The position numbers and the translations under genes were made by a program. Below are positions 52,073 to 64,000 of a stretch of DNA of 64,000 nucleotides, in pieces. Source of the stretch: Octopus vulgaris (taxonomy: Eukaryota). The DNA lies in assembly GCA_951406725.2 (NCBI GenBank), contig OX597828.1, forward strand, positions 71,300,001 to 71,364,000. Direction: 5' to 3'. The notes below the pieces were generated by a model. That model was not told the DNA's origin. It searched no databases and saw only the letters and a list, made by a program, of their open reading frames with translations. Positions within the stretch are counted from its first letter, which is position 1, and every line of letters starts with the position of its first letter.

Positions 52073-54136
52073 AATTTACCGACACAAAACATCGCCAGAT
52101 TCCTCAGAGTCGGCTGTTTTCAATTTGTTGAGTGGAATTTAGCAGGCGGAAACTGTGCGGAAACTCGTCGAGCGCGCGAGTGTGTGTGTACGAATGCGTA
52201 CATTTTCGTTCTTATTACATCAACTAGAAAAAAAAAATACATAACTGTATTTGTTCTGCCCTTGTTGCACAAACTCTCGACCCTACGAACAAGATAGTGA
52301 TTGAAATGGCTGTCCCGTTTCAACAAACCTTATTAATCACAAAATATTTAAAATTAAAAACACGGTTCGAAAGACACCAGTGCTTAGATAACATTATTCG
52401 GTAGGCCACCACCCTCTTATTGAAACTCCCCTCAAAATTGTCTCTGGTCGTCGTCGATGATCGGTGGAAGACCAATGAAAGAATTAGGTTTCAACCTCCG
52501 CTCTGCTAATGATACAACACCCAACATCTCTAGCGATATAAATAATGGAGATTGTCTAATCTAACATAGAGATGGTCGGGAGGGGTGGGGGGAGACATCT
52601 ACAATGTTGACATCCAATCTACAACGATATTAGAAATGCGTGTGTGTGTATATATATATAGGCCTGCTCGCTTAGCCAGCGGGGTGGCGTCATTCGAAGG
52701 CTAAAACAATGCGAACGCATTGTGACCAGCGATGTGTAACTACATCTGATGGACTGGTCGGTCACGTGATATATATGTGTGTGTGTGTAAAATTTCCTTG
52801 CACCCACAGAGAGCGAGAGAGCCAAAAACTCGGCTCGAAGACCCCTGCGCAACAACGGGCGAAACTGACGCAACCGAAATAAAAATATATCATTCATCTC
52901 TGCTCTAGTATCGAGAACATTTTCTACCGACAATCAACACAAACCAAACACACACATATATATATACATATCTACACACGATGAAGTATCTAATTATAGA
53001 TGTGATAGAGCGAGAGAGAGAGAGAAGAGGGCGCGAGCGAAATATATAGCACAGGAAAACAAAACAATTACAGCAGTGTGTATATGTGCGCGCGAGCGAG
53101 CGAGTGTGTGTATAAAAGATATATACATAACAAATCACGCTCTACAACACACAGTTCTAAGACATCCAGTATACACAGCGACACCCCATTACACAATACA
53201 CGGTACTGTGAGTGTATATTTTTATTTAATAGACAAGGAGGAGTCTTATCTCTCTCTCTCTCTACGCAGCCGTTTGACATGAGAGAAACAACAGCAAAAA
53301 TCGTCACCGAATCACACCCTAGTCTTGAAACACAGAAGGATACGTTGGATAACGTTGTCTAGTCTAAGTGGGTGGTCACAAATGGAATAACTTTCATGAT
53401 AAGTCTGCTTGTTCGGAGCCGACCTTGGAGATACACAACACAGCTCTTTGCACACACACACACACACAACTGTAGGCCCAGACATGGCAGTGTCTGAGAA
53501 ACTCGTTTAGCAATCGCGTAGTTTCAGGTTTGGTGCCATTTCTTCAAATGCCCCGCTCCGACCAAATGCCTTCTCAGTGAATTCGATACAGGGAAAAACC
53601 GCGTGGAAACCCGTCGCGTCCCACTTGGCAACCGCTGTTGGTTTGTTTATGTCCCCCGTAACTTCGCTATTCGGCGAAAGTGACCGACAGAGTGTACACC
53701 AGACTTATATTAAATTAAATACTGGGGTCGATTAGTTCGAATAAAACCCCTCAGGGCGGTGGTGCTCCACCATGGCCACAGTCAAATGACTGAAACATGG
53801 TAAAAGATACAAATTTCCCACCGCCATTACTCCGAGTTTCGACCACGTTTTACTCACACGCAACAAACGAGAAAGGTCAAATGTGGTCGCCAGAGCAGCT
53901 CGGAATAACAGGTGGACCTTCCTCGAATCACAGAAAACTCTCTTAAAAACCGAAGACACAGAAAGGAAGGAATGGTCTTATGGGGTAACAACAACAGCAG
54001 TACAGTATACTGCGGCCCCGAACGAGCATACGAGACATGGACTGGTTAAATTTATACACAAGTAGCATTTAATGATTTACATTAATGATGAAATCGTATT
54101 TAATAACTTGAAATTTGAACACTTGTCAATAACATA

Positions 54137-54454
54137 CAGTAGAAACCGCTTATTATAATCACTTTGGAACTGGGCCGTTTCGATAACATAAAAGCAGATT
54201 ATAATAAACATATTCCGAACAAGTGTGGTCTTTGCTGATTTAGGCACAAGGCCAAGGATTTCAGAAGCTGGGGGTGAGTCGATATCTATCGACCCCCAGC
54301 GGGATTAGAACTTAGAATAATATAGAGAGCCAACACGAATTACTACCAGCTATTTCCCCCACACACCAACTCGCCGCTCCGAGGTCGACTAATATATTTA
54401 TAACAATAAGCACTGCGTAACTTCAATTGCGATTATAATAAGCGGCTCCCACTA
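54137..54454. mobile_element. Pogo/Tigger-like MITE with a SINE-B fragment inside
   Basis: TIRs cagtagaaaccgcttattataatcac / gcgattataataagcggctcccacta. Confidence 0.55.
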
Positions 54455-56460
54455 ATGTGTGTGTGTATTACAAGATAAAACCTGTCTTTCAACGAACATA
54501 GAATATAAAACCCTTTGTAATTCGAGTGTCCTCGACGTTGTGTGGTGGAGCACGAAATTTTGCCCCTCTCGTTCTCGGTGTATACACACCGAAACGTATA
54601 TATATATATATATATATATAAAATCGTTAATTGGATCCGCAACACATTCCCATCTACGGTGAAGTATATTACGCAAACAGGACGAAGTGTATATAATCTA
54701 TATACACACACACAGAGACTGTAAAGCAGTTAAAATACACCCAAACAGTATTCAATATAAACGAGTGTGTATATATTATATTTGTGTATATACAGATTTA
54801 TATTATACACACGCAACTACCACATTCCAACTAGGAGTTGAGTGTGTGTACGAGAGAATAGAAAAACGAGAGTTGGCGAGAGTGTGAGTGAAGTGTTGGA
54901 GTGAGAGAAGTGAGAGGGAGAGATGAAAGTGAGTGTCCCCCACAGACAATAGTGGAGTGGAGAGGAGGACTGGTCAGAGAGAGAATATCATGATAGGAGC
55001 GTGAGAGGAGGGAGTGGAAGGCAAAGCAAAGTATATGTGTGTGTGTGTGTATATATATATATATAGAGAGAGAGAAGGAATTGAGAGGCGTAGCAGAGAA
55101 GCTGTGAGTGAGAGGTGAAGAGATGATCGAGGGGAACGGTCAGAGGTTATATCGGAGGAATAGAGGGAGAGGTAAGCAGAGAAAGACTGGAGGCAAAGAG
55201 AGGGAGATATATATACACTTCTAATTTGTCTACATACATACACAAACACTAATATTTATCTACGCACACGCGCATGTGTGTGTGTACAATCGGATGTATG
55301 TATATACGCGCGTGTGTGTGTGGGTGTGTGTGTATATATATATATATAATCTTGAGAAAACACAGAATGATACGGTTTGTTGGGAAGATATATTTTTATG
55401 TAATGGAGTGTATGAGCGTGCAGGAGCTTTTCGTTTAGCCCCAGGTATATAGCTCTGATCAAGCGCACCTATGATAATAAAAAAGGGCTGCCGACCGCGA
55501 CCATCTTGTGTGTCCCCTCTTCCAGACACACCGCATCCCAGTCTAGGATCACAATCTCCGATAAAACGTCACGTTTTCGAGAGAGAACCGTGTGATTTAA
55601 GAGAGCTTTGGTACAGGTAGCGAGGTCGAAGCGAAAAACTATAAGGGAAGGCTGAGGGAACAGAATATGAGAAACGAATGTATATAGACAGATAGATAGA
55701 AGGGCTAATACAGAGACAGTCGGATATATAGACATATAGATGGATAATACATAGAGAGAGAGACACACAGAGAGAGTAATAGATGGCTATAGAGATGGAC
55801 TGATAGAAAGACCTGTACACGGGCTGATAGTCGGATATAGATATAGATATATATATATATTTAGAGAAAGACCGACGGCTAAGCTTGTTCAAGAAAGTGC
55901 CATTGAAAAGGTGGGCGGATAGATAGAATAGATAAATAGACAAGGAACTGATTCGAGACAGGCAGAGAAGGATCACAACTACACACAGACAAATGTACGG
56001 ACAAGATAAACGTAGCCAGACACTATATATATATATACAGAAATACCATATACATACATTATGAGACAGAAACTGATAAACACTCAGTCTGAAGGAAACA
56101 CACACACGTATATGTATGTGTGCGTATATATATGGAGAGAGAGAGAGATAGATGTGAAGGTGAGACTTATTGTCGAACAAAGAGAGGTTGGGTTGATTAT
56201 TTAGCGACGACGGCACTCCATTTGTGGTAGAAGTGACAGCTTACATATAGTGTGGAAGACAGCTAAAGGGGACAGTGTCGCCTCCCGACACAGCAATGAC
56301 CACCACTTAAAGTGTCTACCGACAGCGAGAGAGAGGAGAAATGGTGCTGCATTTAGAAATGGAAATAAAGACGACATTAAGAGCTGCTACACGGAACCAT
56401 GGTGAGAAAAAACCCCTGAGAGGACCAGGAGAGGGGTGAAAGGGAGAGAGAGTGCAAAGA

Positions 56461-56495
<35 letters not shown>

Positions 56496-58699
56496 GAAGT
56501 GTGTATATGTGATTTGTCTGTCGTATCTTTTTCCTTATATACGGTGTTATCTATCTTCGACGATCTCTCATTCTCTCTTGTGTGTGTGTGTGTGTGTAAA
56601 AGGGGGGAAACGTGGAGTGAACTAGAATAAAGGGATAGATTAACAGATATATGACATTGAGATGTGTAGAGATGAGAGACAGACAAATCTACATCGATAA
56701 CACATACAATATACACAGATATTATAAGAGCGAAGTGTGTGTGTATATATATATATATATATACATACATAGGTAGATAGATATGAGACACTGCGTTACA
56801 GAACAAGCAATGTTCACTACACACAGACACATATAGGAATAGAGAGGGGGAGAATAACGATAGATTGATATGTATAGGCTCGGCTATATAGCGATAGGCA
56901 AACAGGCTACAAGATATAAAAGATATATATATATATATATAACGATAGGGAAATGTTGTATAGAGGAGGCTATATATATAACGATAGACAAATATGTATA
57001 GACGAGGCTATATAACGACAGCTAGAAAGGATATACACCGATAAACTGTTGGAGATGGTGATAGACTTATAGATATATATACATATAACTATAGTTATTG
57101 CTTAGCCCAGAGTCTATCCTGTTCGGAGATATTCTAGCCATGGCCATCCCATCGTTTTTTTTTTCTTCTAGGCACTGTGTAGTTAGAGCTCCATTATTCA
57201 GTTGTGCTCTTCGCTTTCTTAAGACAGGGGAAAATTTGGATGTTATTTCTAGCAGATTGAGCGATTAAGTAACGGCTGGTACGTAGAATGGTGAGTATAC
57301 ATGGCAAGACGAATAATAAGGGGTAAAGGAAAACTACACACACACTGTATATATGCTTATATACATGTGCGTGTGTTTAAAGGTGTATATAAAGATGAGA
57401 GCGGAGGGGGTCCATTATTTCCTGCTAGCTCTACTCACACTCTCTCCTTCCAAGATAGACAAGTGCGTAGCAAGTGCGATGAAGGCACTTAGCATTAGTG
57501 ATGATGATGATGGTGGTGGTGGTCTCAGTTTTGCTGGTGGGGACACAGAAGGGAACTGCAACCAAAATCCAACATTAGGGCCACGACACATATTACTGGG
57601 TTTCGACGAGCCATCGACGGAACCCGTCCACACGGTGGTTTCACTCGCAAGAAATAGCAACCAAATTACGTACATCACCCCCACTGTCTGAGAAGAAAGC
57701 ACACGACGGACATTGTGGTCCCGGGTTCCTTGTATATAAGAAAAAAAATGAGATGGCCACAACTGGAATGGCTTCCATCATATGCCTGCTCGGTTAGGGC
57801 TAAATAACACCACTAATGTTAGGACAATTTTATATCAATCAGTCTATCGACACACTACCATCTACAGCCCCGTAAATATACACGCACACGTAACCGATCT
57901 GGTGTGTATATACATGATATATACATAATTATACGCAGATATACAAACATAAGGGAGAGAGAAAGAATACAAAGTAGGTTAAAAGGAAAGGAGGGGGGGG
58001 CTGGTTATGGTTATCAGGCTTGTCCAAAAGCGAGGAGAAATGGCCTAAACTGATTAAGATAAGAGATTTCAAATAGATGTTGTTGTAGATGTTAATGTGG
58101 TCGGTTGCGAGGAGAGAGAGAGAGAGTAAAAAGAGCCATGATGACCGAAAGGGATCCAGTACGTGTCTCCCTTGTGTAACATCACCACCACCACCGCCGC
58201 CACGAAGACAGTTCGAGTTCTCCCTGTTGGACAAATATGCCAGGACCCATAGGCGTAGACGGACGGGGTAGACGACATGTGCGAAATACCAATATTGCTA
58301 CGACATTGCTCGTGGGGAGGACGGATGGCCATTGCAAATCAGACCGACTCCACACACACACTTGCACAAACGTATTACCATTAACACGCACGCACCATAC
58401 ATATATACACACACACACACACACGAGAGAGAGCGGCAGAGACCAACCAAGGTGTCCGAAGAGGAGGTGGCTAAACAGTGAACCAGACGGTGCAGGTGAA
58501 GGGTCAGTGGTGTTGGCCAGTTGTGCTTTGGACAATACGTAACGTAATAAAACACGACGGCCCCCAAGGACGAGACGGAATGCAGGTTGTTTGCAGGGAG
58601 ACACTCAAACTCGACAATTTCAACAAATATATTCCAGAATCTTTCATATCTTCCAATATTTCTCTCTTTTCTTTTTCAGATATTTATTTTACGCATATT

Positions 58700-60300
58700 T
58701 TTTCCCTTTTTTCCTCCGTCAGCTCTGGTGTTTCATTTAATGAAGTGTGGAGTTGGCAGTTTGAGGTGGTAACTCGCTGTCACAATGTATTCAACATATA
58801 GAAAAACTGGTGGAGAAATATAGAGTGGAATAAACCAAGTCGACCCACCGAGGGACCCCTTAAAATTAAGGTGAACAGTAAATGTGGGGGGCCAAAGGAC
58901 ACGGGATTGTATTTTCAACAGAGTAGATGACAATTCGAGAGAATCGAGTGGACGCCATATTGGGGGAAAAGTGTCTGGATGTGGTTTTTTGTGTTTTGAT
59001 CGTGGCGAGGATGTCTTTTTCGAGGAGGGTGGCCACATACAGAAGGGCTGCAAATATAGACGAACACTGCTTTTATGGATCCACCAGCTTCAAAACAACC
59101 ATTTCCGACCAATAAATAACCGGGGGGAAAGACTAAGGTTGCGCAAGAGAATTAATCTTAATTTTAAGGAGAGATATTAAAATATAAAACCAGAAGAGAA
59201 TATTCCGAAACCATTAGGAAGATTAAAATCAATGGTTTGTCGGGAGATCGTTGAAATATCATCAAGAAGAGATGAAAGCGAGAGGAAAAGGTTTGTTATT
59301 TGTGGAAAATAATCAACGATGTCGGCCATGATGTGTGAGAGAAAAAGTAAGAAGCGAGAAACTATTAAGGACAAAACGACGAAGGAAAAACATTATGAAT
59401 ATACACACATATATAGAGAGAAAAGATAGACCTACCTCCGGTTCAGGTTTCGCTGGCGACCGCTTGGTTTTCGGAGCTGAAAAAGACGAAAGAAGACCAT
59501 CTACGTTAATGTAGGTGGAGTGTGAGGACATTTGTGTAGGAACCTCAGTGAAGAAACACCGAGTCCCACTCACAGCACTTTCCAACAATGTTTGAAGGGC
59601 TCGTGGTTGATTGGGGGTCATCGGTGAGGGAGAGACGAACGACGGTCTTCCTGCCCCGAAAACGTAGGCAGAACGGTGACTGTATTATTAAATGGAGTTC
59701 GCCATAAACAGTGAAAGAAACTGACGGACAAACGTGTCTACCTTTGAAGAGAGCTTCTGTCATCGGCGAAGATGGACAGTCGGTAAGGAAGAGAGAAAGA
59801 CTAGGGTCTGTGGAGCCATTGATGGTCCAAGTAGAATGGAGGTCGTGACACGGCGAATTTGCATATTGTCCGGAAGCTTCAGAAATAATAAAGATGTCAG
59901 GTTGTTGGGTTATGAAAGAGAAGAGAGAAACCTGGCGAGTCTTTTCAGTGGAAACGGCCAGAGAAATATTAGAAGGTAGGACTTCTGAAGGGTGGAGGAA
60001 GTGAGGTTCACATTGATGGAAAGTGAATGTGGTCGAGAAAAATAAGATGGAGAAGAAGAACTTCAAGACAATAAAATTAGATATTATTTGGTTGGTGGTG
60101 ATGGTCGTATACGGATTGCGGGAGAGGAGAGGAGAAAGGCTCGGTAAATTAGTAGATGGCAAAGATAACACCTCATGGAGGAACACACAGGCGTATCTCT
60201 ATGAAAAGAAATCTGATGGACGTAATCCGGGGTTTCAATATTTATTAAAGATGTTGGATTGCTGCAAATAAAATCATAAAAGATGGATAGATATAATTCT
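58700..60300 (-). mobile_element. Highly decayed LINE endonuclease (APE)-like remnant
   Basis: Minus-strand fragments QQPDIFIISE and IDFNLP resemble APE motifs, but the frames are broken. Confidence 0.3.
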
Positions 60301-60366
60301 TGCCAATCTGAATATTAACAACATCCAGGCGGAGAGGCTGGTGCTGTCGAACCGCCTATATATATA

Positions 60367-60421
<55 letters not shown>

Positions 60422-60522
60422 ATATGTGTGTGTGTATATATATATATATATATGTGTGTGTATATATATATATAATATGTGTGTGTGTATATATATATAA
60501 TATGTGTGTGTGTGTGTGTATG

Positions 60523-60614
<92 letters not shown>

Positions 60615-60891
60615 TGTGTGTGTAGATGTTTTGGTGAATATTTAGCCGTAAAGGTGCCTTTTGTGATATAATGGATATCTATAAACACGAGATGTTTATA
60701 TATTGTGTGTGTATGTATAACACACACACACACATATATATATACTGCACACTCGTGTGACACAATAATCACATATATGTATTTATGTGTATGACTATAA
60801 CACGAGTGTGCAGTGTGTGTGTGCGCAGTGGAAAATATGTGTGTGTAGTGAACGATGTATGTGTGTATGTATATGCAGTATACTATCTGCC

Positions 60892-60933
<42 letters not shown>

Positions 60934-61449
60934 CAAATGTGAGGGCGAGTGAGAGTGTGTGTGAATATATGTATGGTGTATACGTATATATAGTGTATAG
61001 AATGTATATACACACACACATATATATACATGTAAGGTTTTTCGGGCTATATATATTCATACATATACATTTATCCAGAAAGAGTGAGTGTGAGTGTATA
61101 TATGTGTGTGTATATACATGATCGGCCATATTAGATGGAGTAGCTGGTGGTTTATTGATTTGGAAAAATTGAGTGGAAGTGAGAATCTAAGAGGACAGAT
61201 GATAGAAAAGACATTGTTTTACCATCCAATGTCAACTAAATGTGGAGATTTGTGGAAAAATAAACGACAGAACAGGGAGATTCGCCATTATTAGTGAAGA
61301 GGGTGAATGTAGGGGGGAGAGAGAGAGAGAGAGAGTAGTTGCTGCCACGAGTGGTCTTATGTGTGTGTGTATATATATATGTATGTATATATATATCTAA
61401 GTGTGTTTATAGATGTTATATAAAATGTGTGGTCTCTAAAAAAAATCAG

Positions 61450-62740
61450 TGTGGAGTCGTTATATAAAATGTGTGTGTATATGTCTATACAATCTGTGTG
61501 TATAGTCGTTATGTGTGTGTCTATACAATCTGTGTGTATTATCGTTATATAAAATGTGTGTATATAGTAATACATGAATTGCAAGTCTACAGTATATCTA
61601 TCTATCTATCTATAGACACACACGCGATGTGTGTGTGTGTAGAGTCAGTCGTATTATATACACTGTTAAAATCGTCACATAAAATCTGATGTCTACAGTC
61701 ACTATACACACAGCCTCTGTATATATGGTTATATAAAATCTGTGTATATAGTCGTAGTTCACACAATAACGATTATGAAGGATCGTCATATAGGATGTGT
61801 GTATGTATTATATACAATCAATCTATATAGAAATGTGTGTATGTGTGTAAAAGTCATTATTCACAATGTATGTATGTATATATGTATGTTTGTGTGTGTG
61901 TATACAGTCGTTGGCCGACATCTCAATGTGTATAGTCCTTATTCACAATTTCCGTGTGTGTCTATATCGTTGTTCACTGCGCGCGTGTCTATATATATAT
62001 AAATATATATATAGTCGTTTATTCACGATATGTGTGTATATAGCCGATCATTCACTATGTGTATAGTCGTTTTTCACAATCTGTGTGTATAATTTTCATA
62101 TACAATATGTATGAACAGCCCATACATACAATGGGTGTATATATAGTCACCATGTATACAATGTGTGTGTGTGTAATCGTTACATGTACTTTTTGAGTGT
62201 ATAGTCGTTATATACAATCTGCGTGTGTTTAGACATGGTATACAATGTGTGTAGACGTTATATATATATACAATCTGCGTGTGTTTACAGTCGTTATAGG
62301 CAATCTGTATATCTACTGTCGCTATACATAGTCTGTGATGTGTGTATAGTCGTTATACACAATCTGTGATGTATGTATAGTCGTTATGTACAATCTGTGT
62401 ACTTACAGTCGTTATATATCGTCAGTGATGAGTGTATAGTCGTTATACATTGTGTGTGGTCGTTATACACAATCTGTGATGTATGTATAGTCGTTATGTA
62501 CAATCTGTGTACTTACAGTCGCTATACATCGTCAGTGATGTGTGTATAGTCGTTATACATTATATATGGTCGTTATACACAATCTGTGATGTATGTATAG
62601 TCGTTATGTACAATCTGTGTGTCTATAGCCGCTATATACAGCTCGTGGTGTGTGTCCAGTCGTTATACACAATCTGTGATGCGTGTACAGTCGTTATACA
62701 CGGTCTGTGATGTATGTATAGTGGTTATATAAAATTTGCG
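61450..62740. repeat. Minisatellite of tagtcgttatacacaatctgtg units with a 110-bp higher-order repeat
   Basis: cgttatacacaatctgtgatgtatgtatagtcgttatgtacaatctgtgt recurs at 62351, 62461 and 62571. Confidence 0.85.
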
Positions 62741-63092
62741 GTGTGTATGTGAGAGAAAGATGGTCTGGGAGCGGCAGATCGATGGTGAAAACATGGTAAA
62801 TACCTTTAAAAGCGTTTCGAGGCATTGCTGAGAATGAATAGTCGACGGATTGTGAATTTTTCCTTTGTAGTAGCATTAGTTCTTCAAGTGCGGAGCAAAT
62901 GAATAGTTAAAGTCTGTTGCAGTGTCGTAGCGACAAGTGATGGTGGCTGTCTGTGTGTGTGTGTGTGTGTAGATGTGTAGCAGTGGAGCAGTGTGTAGCA
63001 GTAAGTGTGTAGTAGCAGTGGGTCGCCGTCGCCGTCGTCGTGGTCGTGGTGGTCGATGTCGATGTGTGGAAACGAGGAAAGACTGGAGAAGG

Positions 63093-63420
63093 GGAGGAGA
63101 ATGAGAAAGAACCGGAGGAGACGGAGGCTGAGGGGCAGAAAGAGGCGTGAGAGAGAGAGGAAGATGAGCGAGTGTGTGAGAAATGGCTAAGGAAGTGAGT
63201 GAATGAAAGAGAGAGAGAGAGAAAGAAAAAAGAATAGGAGGAGAATGAGAAAGAACCGGAGGAGACGGAGGCTGAGGGGCAGAAAGAGGCGAGAGAGAGA
63301 GAGAGGAAGACAGGGATAGGATGATGAGCGAGTGTGTGAGAAATGGCTAAGGAAGTGAGTGAATGAAAGAGAGAGAGAGAGAGAGAGAAAGAAAAAAGAA
63401 TAGGAGGAGAGTGAGAAAGA
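63093..63420 (+). repeat. Direct tandem duplication (~144-165 bp) of a purine-rich segment
   Basis: ggaggagaatgagaaagaaccggaggagacggaggctgaggggcag… starts at 63093 and 63237. Confidence 0.8.
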
Positions 63421-64000
63421 ATAAGGTAGTGATTGAGAGCGCGAATGGAGAAAGAGAGTAGGAGGAGAGAAATAAAGGGGAAGTAGAAAATGAAAGAAAC
63501 AGGAAAAGATAACTGGAAAAAAAAAGAGAGCGTAAAATGAGGAATAGAGTAAAAGTATGAGAGAGGGAGAGAGAAAAATAGGAAAGAGTGTGAAATGAAG
63601 AGGAAATAAGTGGAAAGTGAAAGAGAGAGAACGAGACGAGTGTGAGAGAGGGAAAATTATATGAAAGAGAGAGAGAGTAATAAAGAGGAGGAAGTAGAGA
63701 GTGGGACAGGAGGAGATAACTGGAAAGGAAAGATAAAGAAGGAGGGAGTAGCAGGAAGAGAAAAGAGAGAGTGAGAGTAGGAGTGAAGTGTGTCGTCGAG
63801 GGGGGAGTTGTAGTAGTCGTAGTGGTGGTAGAAGCGGCAACGACTGTCTTTGACAGAATGGAATGGTGAGCAGTCGTGAGGCTGCTTTATTTATTGTTGT
63901 ATTCGAAATCGAGGAGAGACTTGGTGTCTTTTCTACAGTAAGTGGATCTTGGTTAATTCGTCAATGTTCTAAACAACATATTACCGTAGACCCACGTTAA

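Noticed and set aside
60356-61129. 257-aa ORF and similar I/Y/H/T- or C/V-rich ORFs (e.g. 11794-12288, 55569-56216, 63187-63840)
   Set aside because: These are translations of (TA)n/(CA)n/(GA)n microsatellites without coding signatures.
61450-62740. CRISPR-like appearance of short repeats with variable spacers
   Set aside because: The spacers are related to each other and periodic, the context is eukaryotic and there are no cas genes; this is a minisatellite.

Overview
This is eukaryotic, AT-rich, microsatellite-dense animal DNA. The repeat families and gene structure suggest an octopus/cephalopod genome (inference). Three conserved protein-coding genes can be built by hand. MFSD5 (minus) has a single coding exon at 2490-3842. 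METTL1/Trm8 tRNA m7G46 methyltransferase (plus) has 6 exons at 18261-28962 and 252 aa. A PHF13/PHF23-like PHD-finger gene (minus) has 4 exons at 42916-52072, about 495 aa, with a polyQ-rich middle. MFSD5 and METTL1 appear head-to-head around an ETS-motif promoter near 18.2 kb. The rest is tRNA-derived SINEs, RTE/CR1/CRE LINE fragments, Tc1/mariner elements, MITEs and tandem repeats. The most notable unexplained signal is a set of minimal type-I hammerhead-ribozyme motifs in three unrelated short repeats. One sits in a tRNA(Ile)-like-headed element inserted as an inverted dimer with a ~16-bp target-site duplication (46726-47182), a candidate ribozyme-bearing SINE mobilised by Penelope-like machinery. 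Most ORFs in the supplied track are microsatellite or repeat noise. No database searches were run; family names come from motif recognition.
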